Shown here: piece after piece, positions 38,686-48,283 of the stretch | Layout of the letters: each line of letters opens with the position of its first letter | How positions within the stretch are numbered: position 1 is the first letter of the stretch | The notes under the pieces: model-generated | Databases searched by the model: none | Told to the model about the DNA's origin: nothing | The model's input: the letters and a program-made list of their open reading frames with translations, nothing else | Program-made: the position numbers and the translations under genes | NCBI GenBank assembly: GCA_963976765.1 | Contig: CAXBME010000005.1 | Location: 1 to 64,000, forward strand | DNA length: 64,000 nt | Source of the DNA: an uncultured Planctomycetaceae bacterium | GTDB lineage: Bacteria; Planctomycetota; Planctomycetia; Planctomycetales; Planctomycetaceae | Direction of reading: 5' to 3'

Positions 38686-39267
38686 ATGGCTGCCTTGAAT
38701 CCCGACATCTGGGTCGATGAGTACAGCGACTACCTCTACCGGTACGCGAAGTCGCGTTTGCGTGATTCTGTCGCCGCAGAAGAAGTGGTGCAGGAGACTT
38801 TTCTGGCTGGCGTTCGGTACTCCGAGCAGTTCGAAGGTCGCGGGTCTGAACGCGGCTGGTTGATGGGGATTCTGAAACGCAAGATCGTCGACCAGGTACG
38901 ACTCCGAGCCAAACACCGCGAAGAGTCACCTTACGAAGACGAGCACGATCCGTCCGAGCAGCTTTTTGATGCCAACGGAAACTGGAAGCCCGGCGCGGTC
39001 AACTGGTCTGCGGCGCCCGACCAGCAAATCGAAATGGAGGAGTTGCAGCTTGTCGTTCGAGATTGCCTGCAGACTCTGCCGGAAAGTCAGGCGGCTGTCT
39101 TTGTTCTCAGCGTGATGGAAGAACTCGACTCCGACGACGTTTGTCGTGAATTGGAGATCACGCCCGCGAACATGTGGGTCAGAATGCACCGTGCCCGAGC
39201 CGGTCTGGCAAGCTGTGTGGGAGCGAAGTGGCATGCCGGTGAGGAGGTCAGCCAACATGCCAAATGA
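38686..39267 (+). CDS. ECF sigma-70 factor
   Basis: YLYRYAKSRLRD..AEEVVQETFLA, WLMGILKRKIVD, FDANGNW, ANMWVRMHRAR. Confidence 0.93.
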   Translation: MAALNPDIWVDEYSDYLYRYAKSRLRDSVAAEEVVQETFLAGVRYSEQFEGRGSERGWLMGILKRKIVDQVRLRAKHREESPYEDEHDPSEQLFDANGNWKPGAVNWSAAPDQQIEMEELQLVVRDCLQTLPESQAAVFVLSVMEELDSDDVCRELEITPANMWVRMHRARAGLASCVGAKWHAGEEVSQHAK

Positions 39268-41341
39268 CAAAGAAATCAGCCAGCTCATTTCGCAATCGCT
39301 GCGACGCATGTTGAACGAAAACGAATCGGCGGTCGTCGAGAACCATCTTCGCGAGAATGATGAAGCTCGGAAATTCGCCGAGCTGTCGACGCTGATTCAA
39401 ACTTCTGTGTCCGGAACATCAATGGCCGAAGCAAGCGATCGGGAAGATGGTCTTTCTCAACAGTCGAAGCAGAAACTCAGGGATTCGATTCGTGGAGCCG
39501 TCCAGGAGAAGCTGAGTCTTTCTCAGGCCGGTCTGCTGGGACCGACAGTCCTGGTTGAGAAATCTGACGGTGCTCGAACTCTGGCTCCGCAGCCAACCGG
39601 CGACCGACGACAATTGCAGTCGCGATTTCGTTTGATTCGCAAACTTGGACAGGGCGGCCTGGGAAACGTCTGGCTGGCTCAAGACGAAAAACTGAACCGC
39701 ACGATCGCCATTAAGGAAATGAATGCGGCGGCGTTGGCGGCTCCGGATTCCTGGCACCGTTTTCACCGCGAAGCGGAGATCACCGGACACCTCGAACACC
39801 CGAACGTCGTGCCGCTCTACCTTTACGGGACCGACAGCAACACCGGCGAACCGTTTTACGCGATGCGTTTTGTCGGCAAGCGAACTCTGGCCAACGCCAT
39901 CGAAGAGTACCACGATCGCATGGAAGCTGGCGAAACCGGAGCGGTCTGCCTTCATCGTCTATTGTCAGTCTTTCTGGATATCTGCCAGGCAGTGGCGTAC
40001 GCCCATTCTCGCGGAGTGGTACATCGCGACCTCAAACCGGACAACGTCGCGCTGGACAATTTTGGCCAGGTGATTGTCATTGATTGGGGGCTGGCCAAAG
40101 TTCTCGAAGACGGCGAGCTGGCGACTAAGTTGACATCGGACGCGCTGCTCAGCGAATCGGCTCTGCTTCAGACGATGCAGGGAGAGGCCATCGGAACCCC
40201 GCTTTATATGTCGCCCGAACAGGCCGCTGGCGATCTCGACAAGATCGACTACCGCACCGACGTCTATGGACTGGGCGCGATCTTGTTTTCAATCCTGACC
40301 GGAAAAGCTCCTCACGAAAACAGCGTGGCAGGCAAAGCATCAGACCTGGTATCCGTCTTAAAGGTCATTGCCGCGTCCGAACCACCATCCGCCAGCGACT
40401 ACGGAAAATGCGTCCCCAAAGAGCTGGAACAAATCTGCCTCAAGGCGATGGCAAGAAAACAGCACATGCGGTTTCGCTCGGCAGAGAATCTCGCAAGCGC
40501 CCTTGAAAGCTGGATGGCTGGCCAGAACGGAAATCAGGCGGCCTATGACGCGCTCCGTATGGAAGGCCGCGAATTGCGAGCCGACATGCAGGCGACCGCT
40601 CGCGACATGGAACGCAACATCCGATTCGCAGCCGGAATGCCTCCCATCGAACAACTGATGCACGCCGAAACCGACGAGGACAAAAAGGTTTGGCGCGAAC
40701 GAATGGCGATCATCTTTCAGGGCCTGCTCAAAGCCACGCCGTACTTTCGGAGTTTCGCTTACACCCGAATCATAGACGGTCAGTTTACGGAACTGGTTCG
40801 AGTCGAACGGCACAGCAGCGATTCATCCAGCATCCGAGTTGTCCCTCGCAGCCTCCTGAAGAACGGCCCGGTCGGCAACTTCCTGCAACGTGTCACTCAA
40901 CAAAAACCCGATGAGGTCTACACATCCATCGTCACCGACCCCTACGCCGAACCTGAAGACCGATGCCCGACGGACATGAGTCTGTTATCCGGCGTTCCCG
41001 TCTACGATTCACAAAGCGAGGACATATTCGGTTGCCTCTTGATTGACTGCGACATCAACCAGTTGCTCCGACGGCAGATGGACCGCAACTCAACAGCGGA
41101 CGAAATCGTCGTGGCCTGCACCAAGTCATCCAGCGTCGCCCTGCAATCCAAAGCGGGCCAGATCGTCGACACCAAATCAATCAAACTCGTGTCAGACACT
41201 TCGCCCCACTTCGTGCCAGCCATCGAAGCCCTCCAGTCAGACGCAGACTTCATCGACGAACAGAACGCCGACATCTTCGGCGCCTCTCTCTGGTTCGTCC
41301 CCCACGAATGCGGAATCAGCTACCTGCTAAAACGCAAGTAG
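39257..41341 (+). CDS. Anti-sigma-like / Ser-Thr kinase / Cache-like fusion protein
   Basis: N-terminus KEISQLISQSL..VENHLRENDEARKF (zf-HC2-like without Cys); kinase LGQGGLG, HRDLKPDN, DWG, YMSPE; C-terminus FQGLLKATPYFRS..ELVRVER is dCache-like. No TM segment. Confidence 0.85.
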   Translation: MPNDKEISQLISQSLRRMLNENESAVVENHLRENDEARKFAELSTLIQTSVSGTSMAEASDREDGLSQQSKQKLRDSIRGAVQEKLSLSQAGLLGPTVLVEKSDGARTLAPQPTGDRRQLQSRFRLIRKLGQGGLGNVWLAQDEKLNRTIAIKEMNAAALAAPDSWHRFHREAEITGHLEHPNVVPLYLYGTDSNTGEPFYAMRFVGKRTLANAIEEYHDRMEAGETGAVCLHRLLSVFLDICQAVAYAHSRGVVHRDLKPDNVALDNFGQVIVIDWGLAKVLEDGELATKLTSDALLSESALLQTMQGEAIGTPLYMSPEQAAGDLDKIDYRTDVYGLGAILFSILTGKAPHENSVAGKASDLVSVLKVIAASEPPSASDYGKCVPKELEQICLKAMARKQHMRFRSAENLASALESWMAGQNGNQAAYDALRMEGRELRADMQATARDMERNIRFAAGMPPIEQLMHAETDEDKKVWRERMAIIFQGLLKATPYFRSFAYTRIIDGQFTELVRVERHSSDSSSIRVVPRSLLKNGPVGNFLQRVTQQKPDEVYTSIVTDPYAEPEDRCPTDMSLLSGVPVYDSQSEDIFGCLLIDCDINQLLRRQMDRNSTADEIVVACTKSSSVALQSKAGQIVDTKSIKLVSDTSPHFVPAIEALQSDADFIDEQNADIFGASLWFVPHECGISYLLKRK

Positions 41342-41367
41342 CTATCCTTCCCGACGGAAGAGATTCG

Positions 41368-42360
41368 TCAGGCGTTCACGTCAACCACGATGCGGCCTTT
41401 GATCTGGCCTTTCAGGATATCGGCGGCCAGCGTGGGCACTTCGGCCAACGTCGCCGGGCGAATCATTGTGTCAAGTTTCTCCCGCGGCAGATCGGTCGCA
41501 ATGCGTTGCCAGGCTCGTACTCGTTTTTCAAACGGATGCAACACGGTGTCGATCCCTAACAGGTTGACGCCTCGAAGCAGAAATGGGATCACTGAAGCCG
41601 GCAGCGTGGCTCCACCGGCGAGTCCGACAGCGGCAACCGATGCACCGTATTTCAACTGCCCGAGCACGCGAGCCAGCATCTCGCCGCCAACGGCATCGAT
41701 ACACCCCGCCCAGGTTTCGCGTTCAAGCGGCTTTTTTGAGACTGTGCCGATCTCATCTCGGGCAACGATCCGGTTTGCACCAAGCGATTTCAAATAATCC
41801 GATGTTTCTGGTCGACCGGTCACCGCTGCGACTTCGTAGCCGAGATCGCTGAGCATCGCCATCGCGATGGAGCCGACTCCTCCCGCCGCACCAGTGACAA
41901 GCACTTCTCCTTGATCCGGTTTGAGACCGTGATCTTCCAAGGCGATCACGGCGAGCCCCGCTGCAAAGCCAGCCGTTCCAATTGCCATCGCCTGACTTGT
42001 TGTCAGACCATCCGGCAACGGCACCAGCCAATCGGCGTTGACGCGAGCCTTCTGCGAATAACCACCCCAATGAGTCTCGCCCACTCGCCAGCCAGTCAGA
42101 ACGACTTTGTCGCCAGGCTTGTAGCGAGAATTGTCAGACGACTCGACTGTTCCCGCAAAGTCGATCCCCGGCACATGAGGATAATCGCGCACCAACTGGC
42201 TGTTCGCCTGCATGCACAGACCATCTTTGTAGTTGACCGTCGAGTATTCGACTGCGACCGTCACGTCGCCAGCCGGCAATCGATCCTCAGTCAACTCCTG
42301 AACCGCAGCAGAAACTTCTGCCTGATCGTTCTTCTCAAGAATTAGGGCATTGAATGTCAT
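41368..42360 (-). CDS. acuI: Acrylyl-CoA reductase (YhdH/AcuI family)
   Basis: YSTVNYKDGL, VPGIDFAG, AIGTAG, PFLLRGVNLLGID. Confidence 0.85.
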   Translation of the reverse strand: MTFNALILEKNDQAEVSAAVQELTEDRLPAGDVTVAVEYSTVNYKDGLCMQANSQLVRDYPHVPGIDFAGTVESSDNSRYKPGDKVVLTGWRVGETHWGGYSQKARVNADWLVPLPDGLTTSQAMAIGTAGFAAGLAVIALEDHGLKPDQGEVLVTGAAGGVGSIAMAMLSDLGYEVAAVTGRPETSDYLKSLGANRIVARDEIGTVSKKPLERETWAGCIDAVGGEMLARVLGQLKYGASVAAVGLAGGATLPASVIPFLLRGVNLLGIDTVLHPFEKRVRAWQRIATDLPREKLDTMIRPATLAEVPTLAADILKGQIKGRIVVDVNA

Positions 42361-42518
42361 CGTGCTTCTCGCGTGAATTATGAGTTCTTCGATTGTGCAA
42401 ATTCGCAGGCCGGATCAAGCGCAGCGCCGCTCCGGCAGTTTAAGGTTCTCTGCGGCGATTCAAGTTGCCGGAACATCGTCGCTACGCTCCTCGGTTCGGC
42501 CTACGATTTGTTGCGATC

Positions 42519-43535
42519 TCAGTCCCAATCCTGCAAAACAATCTTACCGATGGCTCGCCCCGCTTCGAGTGTTGCATGAGCCGCCCGCAGGTTCTCGGCA
42601 TTGATTGGTGAGATGACGTCGCTCGCCGTCCCCTGGATGCGACCTTCGTCAATCCAGGCAGCAATTCGATTGAGCAAGCGGTGCTGCTCGATCATGTCCG
42701 GCGTCTGGAACATCGAACGAGTAAACATGAACTCCCACGAGAACGTGGCCGCTTTCAGCTTCATCTGGGTCTGTTCCAAGGGCTCCTTGTTCTCGACGAT
42801 CGTGACGATGTGGCCTTGAGGGCGAATCAAATCGACGGCTGAATTCCAATGCCCATCGGTGTCGTTGAACAGCGCAACGTAGTCGACGTTCTCCATGCCG
42901 AGGGATTCGATCTGTGGACGCAACGCTTCACGATGATTGATGACGTGATCGGCTCCCAGCTTTGTCACCCATTCTGAAGATTCCGGCCGCGACGCAGTCG
43001 TGATCACGGTCAGACCCGCAATCTTTGCAAGTTGAATGGCAATGGACCCGACGCCGCCCGCTCCGCCGACAATCAGAATCGTTTCGCCCTTATTCGCACC
43101 GTCAACGTCGATACCAAGCCGCTCGAAGAACGCTTCGTAGGCAGTGATCGACGTTAACGGAAACGCGGCTGCGTGGGCGAAGTCCAGCGACTTTGGCTTC
43201 GCTCCAACGATCCGCTCGTCAATCAGTTGAAACTCTGAATTGGAGCCTTGGCGAGTGATATCTCCAGCATAAAAGACCTCGTCGCCCGCCTTGAACAAAG
43301 TGACGTCAGAGCCAACAGCTTCGACAACGCCCGACGCATCCCAACCAAGAACTTTCGGCGAAGACTCAACACCATCTTTCGGAGCACGAACTTTGTAGTC
43401 GACCGGATTGACGGCGATCGCCTTGACCGCAATCAGCAGGTCGCGGCCAGTCGGAGTCGGCTTATCCAACTCAACATCCATCAGAGATTCTGGATTGTCG
43501 ATGGGCAAATATCGTGTAAGTGCAACAGCTTTCAT
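42519..43535 (-). CDS. Zinc-type alcohol dehydrogenase-like protein (MDR)
   Basis: VNPVDYKVR, LGWDASG, YAGDITRQG, WEFMFTRSMF. Confidence 0.92.
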   Translation of the reverse strand: MKAVALTRYLPIDNPESLMDVELDKPTPTGRDLLIAVKAIAVNPVDYKVRAPKDGVESSPKVLGWDASGVVEAVGSDVTLFKAGDEVFYAGDITRQGSNSEFQLIDERIVGAKPKSLDFAHAAAFPLTSITAYEAFFERLGIDVDGANKGETILIVGGAGGVGSIAIQLAKIAGLTVITTASRPESSEWVTKLGADHVINHREALRPQIESLGMENVDYVALFNDTDGHWNSAVDLIRPQGHIVTIVENKEPLEQTQMKLKAATFSWEFMFTRSMFQTPDMIEQHRLLNRIAAWIDEGRIQGTASDVISPINAENLRAAHATLEAGRAIGKIVLQDWD

Positions 43536-43673
43536 GGTTCTTTTTCCTTTAGGTATGCCGAGACCGGGGGCCCGTGAGTCGATGTCGCTGAAGTGCCGAA
43601 TTTGTGTGTACCAAGTCTGGCTTCAACTCGACTCGAAGCCCTGCGTTCGCCTGTGACCGGCATTTCCGAGCAG

Positions 43674-43701
43674 TGGACGTGGACAATACACAATCCTTAC
43701 A
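43674..43701 (-). promoter_or_regulatory. ECF-type promoter TGTAAGG-N15-CGTCCA (MDR-acuI)
   Basis: Fourth copy, same spacing, at the right edge of the cargo block. Confidence 0.75.
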
Positions 43702-43895
43702 ACGTTTTTTGAAAAAAGTCAGTCTTCGCGTGTGTGCAGCACTGGGCCCGTCGAGATTCAGGCCAGGACACTGCCGAGAAACGCGATTCACGATAGAATC
43801 GCGGTTTCAGTAGTCTCGCCAATTTGCGAGGTGTCACCCGGTTTCTCTGATTCAGTCTTCACGAATCACACAGGATATGGGACCGCACAAGGGGT

Positions 43896-46800
43896 GTGTT
43901 GAAGTTGAGTAACAGCTACGTCCAGCTTGATCGCAGATTTTCTCCGTTTACGGACGAGTTCGTCACAGAGGATGTGATCGTCAGAAGCTATTCGGAGTCG
44001 CTTTTCTACGCGCGCTCAACATTATCATGGGAAGAACTTCTGCACCGTCGCCTTACTGTAGTGCTCGGCGAACAAGGGAGTGGCAAGACCGAAGAGTTTC
44101 GACGACAGGCTGAACGTCTTTGCGAGCGGGGTGAAGCCGCTTTCTTCATACCGCTCGAAAACCTGGTGAACAACGAACTGCGGAAAGTTCTTTCCGAGTC
44201 TGATGAGCGGAGATTCAGTGAATGGTTCAAGTTCGGCGAGGCCGCAGTGTTCTTTCTTGATTCTGTTGATGAATCGAAACTCGTCAAGCCGGGCGATTTC
44301 GAAGTCGCGTTGCGACAGTTTGCAAAAGACGTCACATCGACCGGACTCAGGCGAGCAAAGATCGTGTTGAGTTCTCGGGTTAGTAAGTGGAGCCCGGCCA
44401 CTGACGCAGAGCGAGTAGCCCGATGCCTTGACATGCCGCAGTCGCGAGCCGGTGACGGTGATTCATCCGACGAAGAATTCGACAAGCTGCACGTCGTCCG
44501 GCTTCTCCCACTTGATGAGTCAATGGTCTTGTGTCTGCTCAATGGCTGCGGCTTCAAAAATGCGTCGCGCATCAAGAGCCTGTTCGATGACCGTCATCTC
44601 TGGGGGTTCGTCCGACGTCCTGTTGATGCTCTTCGGTATGCCAGATCGGTCGAGGACGGAATCGAAGTCGAAAGTCTGACAGATGTTCTGGTACACGACG
44701 TTGCCGAGCGTCTGCGCGAATCGCCTGATCGAGAGCAGAATGATCCACTCACACCGACACAGGCTCTCGGCGGTGCGCGCACTCTCGCCGCTGCCGTCGT
44801 GTTCACACGGCGTCGTGCGTTGCTGGTTCGCGATCCGGAAACTGCCGGGGAACGTAGCGTTGTCGACCCGGTGAAATGCTTGTCGACCGATTGGTCACCT
44901 TCAAGAGTTCAGTCGCTGCTCGGACGGTCGCTTTTCGACGGGGCGTCTCTTGGCACAATTCGCTTTCATGATCCACGTGTGCGTGACTTCCTCGCAGCTC
45001 AGTGGTTACAGGATCGGTTCTCGCAGGGATGCCCAATCGAAACGGTGAAAGAGTTGCTATGCGCTGAGTTTCCAGATGGTCTTGTTGTTCGTGAAGAGAT
45101 GGAATCAGTGCTGGCGTGGGTCGCATGTGGCGACTCATATTTGTCGCAGGAAGCCAGAACGTGGGTGCTGAAAGCATCCCCCGAACTATTCTTCTCACAA
45201 GGCGATCCGGGATGCCTGCCGATCGACTACCGCCGGCAACTACTCGATGCGTATATCGATCGATGCACTGGCTGCGACTACTCAGGGACAGCGACTAATC
45301 CTGAGTCCCTCGCGAGGTTTGCCGAGAACGCGTTTGACCCTGATTTGAATCGAATCGCGGCTGATTCTACATTGGGACTGGACGCTCGTTTGCTGGCTTT
45401 GCGGTTAATGAGGCACGGTCGCCTCACGAGATGTAGTGAGACTGCGCTGACTCTCGCTACGGATTCTGCAGAGAGTATTGAACTGCGAACGTCAGCAATT
45501 GCTGCAATCCGCGACGCCTCGGACGATCTGTACCGGGAACGGCTCGCTCAATGGGGCCGCGATGCGATAAGCATCCCCGAGAAGCTGCTTGGGATTCTGA
45601 TCGAAGCGGTGTTTCCGACCGTAGCCAGTGCTGACGACGTGGCATCATTCGTCGACAAAACCGAATCTAAATCGAATTCTGAAGAACGGACAGATAGATC
45701 GCACTGGCTGGTTTCGCATTTCGAAGAGTGTTTGACCTCTCGAAATGCACTCGATCTCCTGCTTGCTCTCGCGCCTCTGGCAGAACAGACGCCACGGGTA
45801 ACATTGAGCGACATCCCGCTGAGGCTGTCAGTCGAGTTTCAGTGGCTTGGCCCGTGGTTCCCACCTCTGCTTGGTAACGCCGTTCGGGAGCCAACACTTA
45901 GCCCGACAGATTTTGAGGTCGTCGCTCGTGTTTGGGCGTGGCTCGAAGAGTTCAGCGCATCCACAAACGGGATATCGTCGCTACCGGATGACTTTGTTGA
46001 AAACACAAAGCAACACCCACAACTAAGGCGGGAATATTTCTGGCTTCGGTACCAGGATCATTTGGACCGGCGAGAAGGTGAGCCTCGCCGGGCATTTCAG
46101 TTTCTTGGTTTTCGAGGTCACGGCGGCTTTGAAGCGTCAGCGACCGACATGGACTGGCTGCAGGTCGATGTTGAACGACAATCTTCCCCTACGAGGAAGA
46201 AGATGGCCCTCAATACATGGATCGACATCTGGCAGCGAAACGGTCGGCTTGCGGCACAAACTAAACGCGTTCGATCTGTCGTTTCAGGGGATCAACTGCT
46301 CACCGAGCAGCTCGGCGAGCGACTTCGCCAGGCACGGTTTTCGCGGCTAAAGCATTTCTGGTACGGGATTGTCCGCCAGAAGTTGCTGGATGGATACACG
46401 TGGCGTCGGCGCTGGTGGTCCCTGCAGCAGCGCTATGGAGAATTAAGAGACACGCTGTGGCTGCACATGCACCTTCGACTACTCCGGTCAGGGAAGCGTG
46501 CTGACGTTCTGTCCAAACTGGCACGAGAGGCCGTCAAGGGCGACGGGTCAACTCGCGTTGCCCCCATGACGTGGGACGGCCTTCGCAAAAAACGCGGGCG
46601 ACGGATCGCAGACGCGGTCAGTGCTGGATGCCGGCAGGTGTGGATGGACTACGAACCACATCTGCCTCATGAAAGAGAGGCGGCCAATACCAACACTTCC
46701 GGCGACCGCGCAGGGCTTTCAGGATTGTCGACGGGAATCGTTAGCGGCGAGATCAACATCGTGTCCCTTTCGGAGTCGGATGTTGAGAAGGCAATCCGCT

Positions 46801-48191
46801 ATGCCGCGACAGAACTGAATGGCTTCCCCGAGTGGTTTAGTCCACTTGTTGAGTGTCACTCAGATATCGTGCGCGGAGTGTTGTCTCAGGCCGTCTCTGG
46901 TGAATGGAATTGGACCGGCGATCACGTCTCATTCGGCGTGCTGCACGATATTCGATGGGGCGAAGCGACTCTGCGCGAATTACTCGCAGGCGACATCGTC
47001 GAACTGCTTGAAAAATCGGAACCATCCGATCCACGAATGTTGTCGCTTGTGCTGCAATGTCTGGTCGACGCTCCAGCGGATGTTCTTCAGCGACTGTCTG
47101 AACTGTCTACGAGAACACTCAATAATTGCCCGACGCACGGTGCCCGCTTTACGCATTGGTGTGTAGCTGAAATTCAGCTGAACCCGTCCAGCGCGCTGAG
47201 CCGCCTTGAAAGCCTGTCACCCCTTGACGCCCGCGATCGCGAAACTACTCTGGAATTCGTTGCGACACTGAGCGGTGAAGACATCAATTCCCGGTCGCAG
47301 TCGTTCCGGCACGCGCAACCTTGGTCCCCGGAGCAGATGAAACGGCTGCTTTTGCAATGCCATCGCCTCATCAAGACTGTTGACGACATCAAACGGCAAG
47401 GAGCGTATTCGCCGACGAGTCGTGATCACGCCCAACGATTCCGTGACTCATTGATCACACAACTTGCCAACAATGAAAGCAGCGAAACACCGTCAGTCCT
47501 TCGATCTCTCCTCAATGAATCCGAGTTGAGTAACTACCGAGACTATGTCCTTGATTTGATCGCACGAAGACGTCGCATCGACGCTGCCAGTGCCCCTTGG
47601 AAGGAATCGGACGTCGTTAATTTCGCCACGGAATTCGAAACTGAGCCGAAATCGGGGGAAGAACTCTACCTGATTACTCGACGGCGACTGACTCAGCTTC
47701 GATATGACGTCGAAGAATCCGACAACAGTCTCCGTGACGAAGTACGCGCCGATCACGATGAGAAGGCACTGTGTCGCTGGATCGCACGAAATCTCAGTGA
47801 CCATTCGAGGGGTCGGTATGTCACGACGCTTGAAGTGGAAATTGATCAGGCGGAACGCCCGGACGTGCGCACCGAGCACCCTGGACTTCCTCCGGTTCCC
47901 ATTGAGGTGAAATGGGCTGAAAATTGGTCTTACAACAAGCTTGTTGAGCGTCTTGAGAATCAGCTTTTCGGGCAGTACCTCCGAGCACGCGACAATCGCT
48001 ACGGCTTCTTCCTGCTCGGCTACGCCGATGCCGCTAAGAAAGAACACTGGAAGAAAGACACGGGGGAGTTACTGACCTTCTCCGAACTGGTCTCAGACCT
48101 TCAGTCCATTGCGGACGGGCTGGTAGAATGCAGCCCAGCAGTGAATGCCGTCACCGTCATCGGAATCGACTACCGGAACCCGAAGTCATGA
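43896..48191 (+). CDS. STAND/NACHT-type NTPase with helical middle and C-terminal PD-(D/E)XK nuclease (candidate antiphage)
   Basis: Walker A GEQGSGKT, Walker B FFLDSVDE, VLSSR, RFHDPRVRDFLAA; C-terminal ERPDVR..IEVKWAENWS..LENQLFGQYL. Confidence 0.85.
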   Translation: MLKLSNSYVQLDRRFSPFTDEFVTEDVIVRSYSESLFYARSTLSWEELLHRRLTVVLGEQGSGKTEEFRRQAERLCERGEAAFFIPLENLVNNELRKVLSESDERRFSEWFKFGEAAVFFLDSVDESKLVKPGDFEVALRQFAKDVTSTGLRRAKIVLSSRVSKWSPATDAERVARCLDMPQSRAGDGDSSDEEFDKLHVVRLLPLDESMVLCLLNGCGFKNASRIKSLFDDRHLWGFVRRPVDALRYARSVEDGIEVESLTDVLVHDVAERLRESPDREQNDPLTPTQALGGARTLAAAVVFTRRRALLVRDPETAGERSVVDPVKCLSTDWSPSRVQSLLGRSLFDGASLGTIRFHDPRVRDFLAAQWLQDRFSQGCPIETVKELLCAEFPDGLVVREEMESVLAWVACGDSYLSQEARTWVLKASPELFFSQGDPGCLPIDYRRQLLDAYIDRCTGCDYSGTATNPESLARFAENAFDPDLNRIAADSTLGLDARLLALRLMRHGRLTRCSETALTLATDSAESIELRTSAIAAIRDASDDLYRERLAQWGRDAISIPEKLLGILIEAVFPTVASADDVASFVDKTESKSNSEERTDRSHWLVSHFEECLTSRNALDLLLALAPLAEQTPRVTLSDIPLRLSVEFQWLGPWFPPLLGNAVREPTLSPTDFEVVARVWAWLEEFSASTNGISSLPDDFVENTKQHPQLRREYFWLRYQDHLDRREGEPRRAFQFLGFRGHGGFEASATDMDWLQVDVERQSSPTRKKMALNTWIDIWQRNGRLAAQTKRVRSVVSGDQLLTEQLGERLRQARFSRLKHFWYGIVRQKLLDGYTWRRRWWSLQQRYGELRDTLWLHMHLRLLRSGKRADVLSKLAREAVKGDGSTRVAPMTWDGLRKKRGRRIADAVSAGCRQVWMDYEPHLPHEREAANTNTSGDRAGLSGLSTGIVSGEINIVSLSESDVEKAIRYAATELNGFPEWFSPLVECHSDIVRGVLSQAVSGEWNWTGDHVSFGVLHDIRWGEATLRELLAGDIVELLEKSEPSDPRMLSLVLQCLVDAPADVLQRLSELSTRTLNNCPTHGARFTHWCVAEIQLNPSSALSRLESLSPLDARDRETTLEFVATLSGEDINSRSQSFRHAQPWSPEQMKRLLLQCHRLIKTVDDIKRQGAYSPTSRDHAQRFRDSLITQLANNESSETPSVLRSLLNESELSNYRDYVLDLIARRRRIDAASAPWKESDVVNFATEFETEPKSGEELYLITRRRLTQLRYDVEESDNSLRDEVRADHDEKALCRWIARNLSDHSRGRYVTTLEVEIDQAERPDVRTEHPGLPPVPIEVKWAENWSYNKLVERLENQLFGQYLRARDNRYGFFLLGYADAAKKEHWKKDTGELLTFSELVSDLQSIADGLVECSPAVNAVTVIGIDYRNPKS

Positions 48192-48283
48192 CTATGACAC
48201 CCTTGGAGCAATCGGCTCTTCTTAGCATTAGCGACGCACATCGAGCACTCGGTCCGTGCGAACTTGTACGTCGCTGGACGCGG

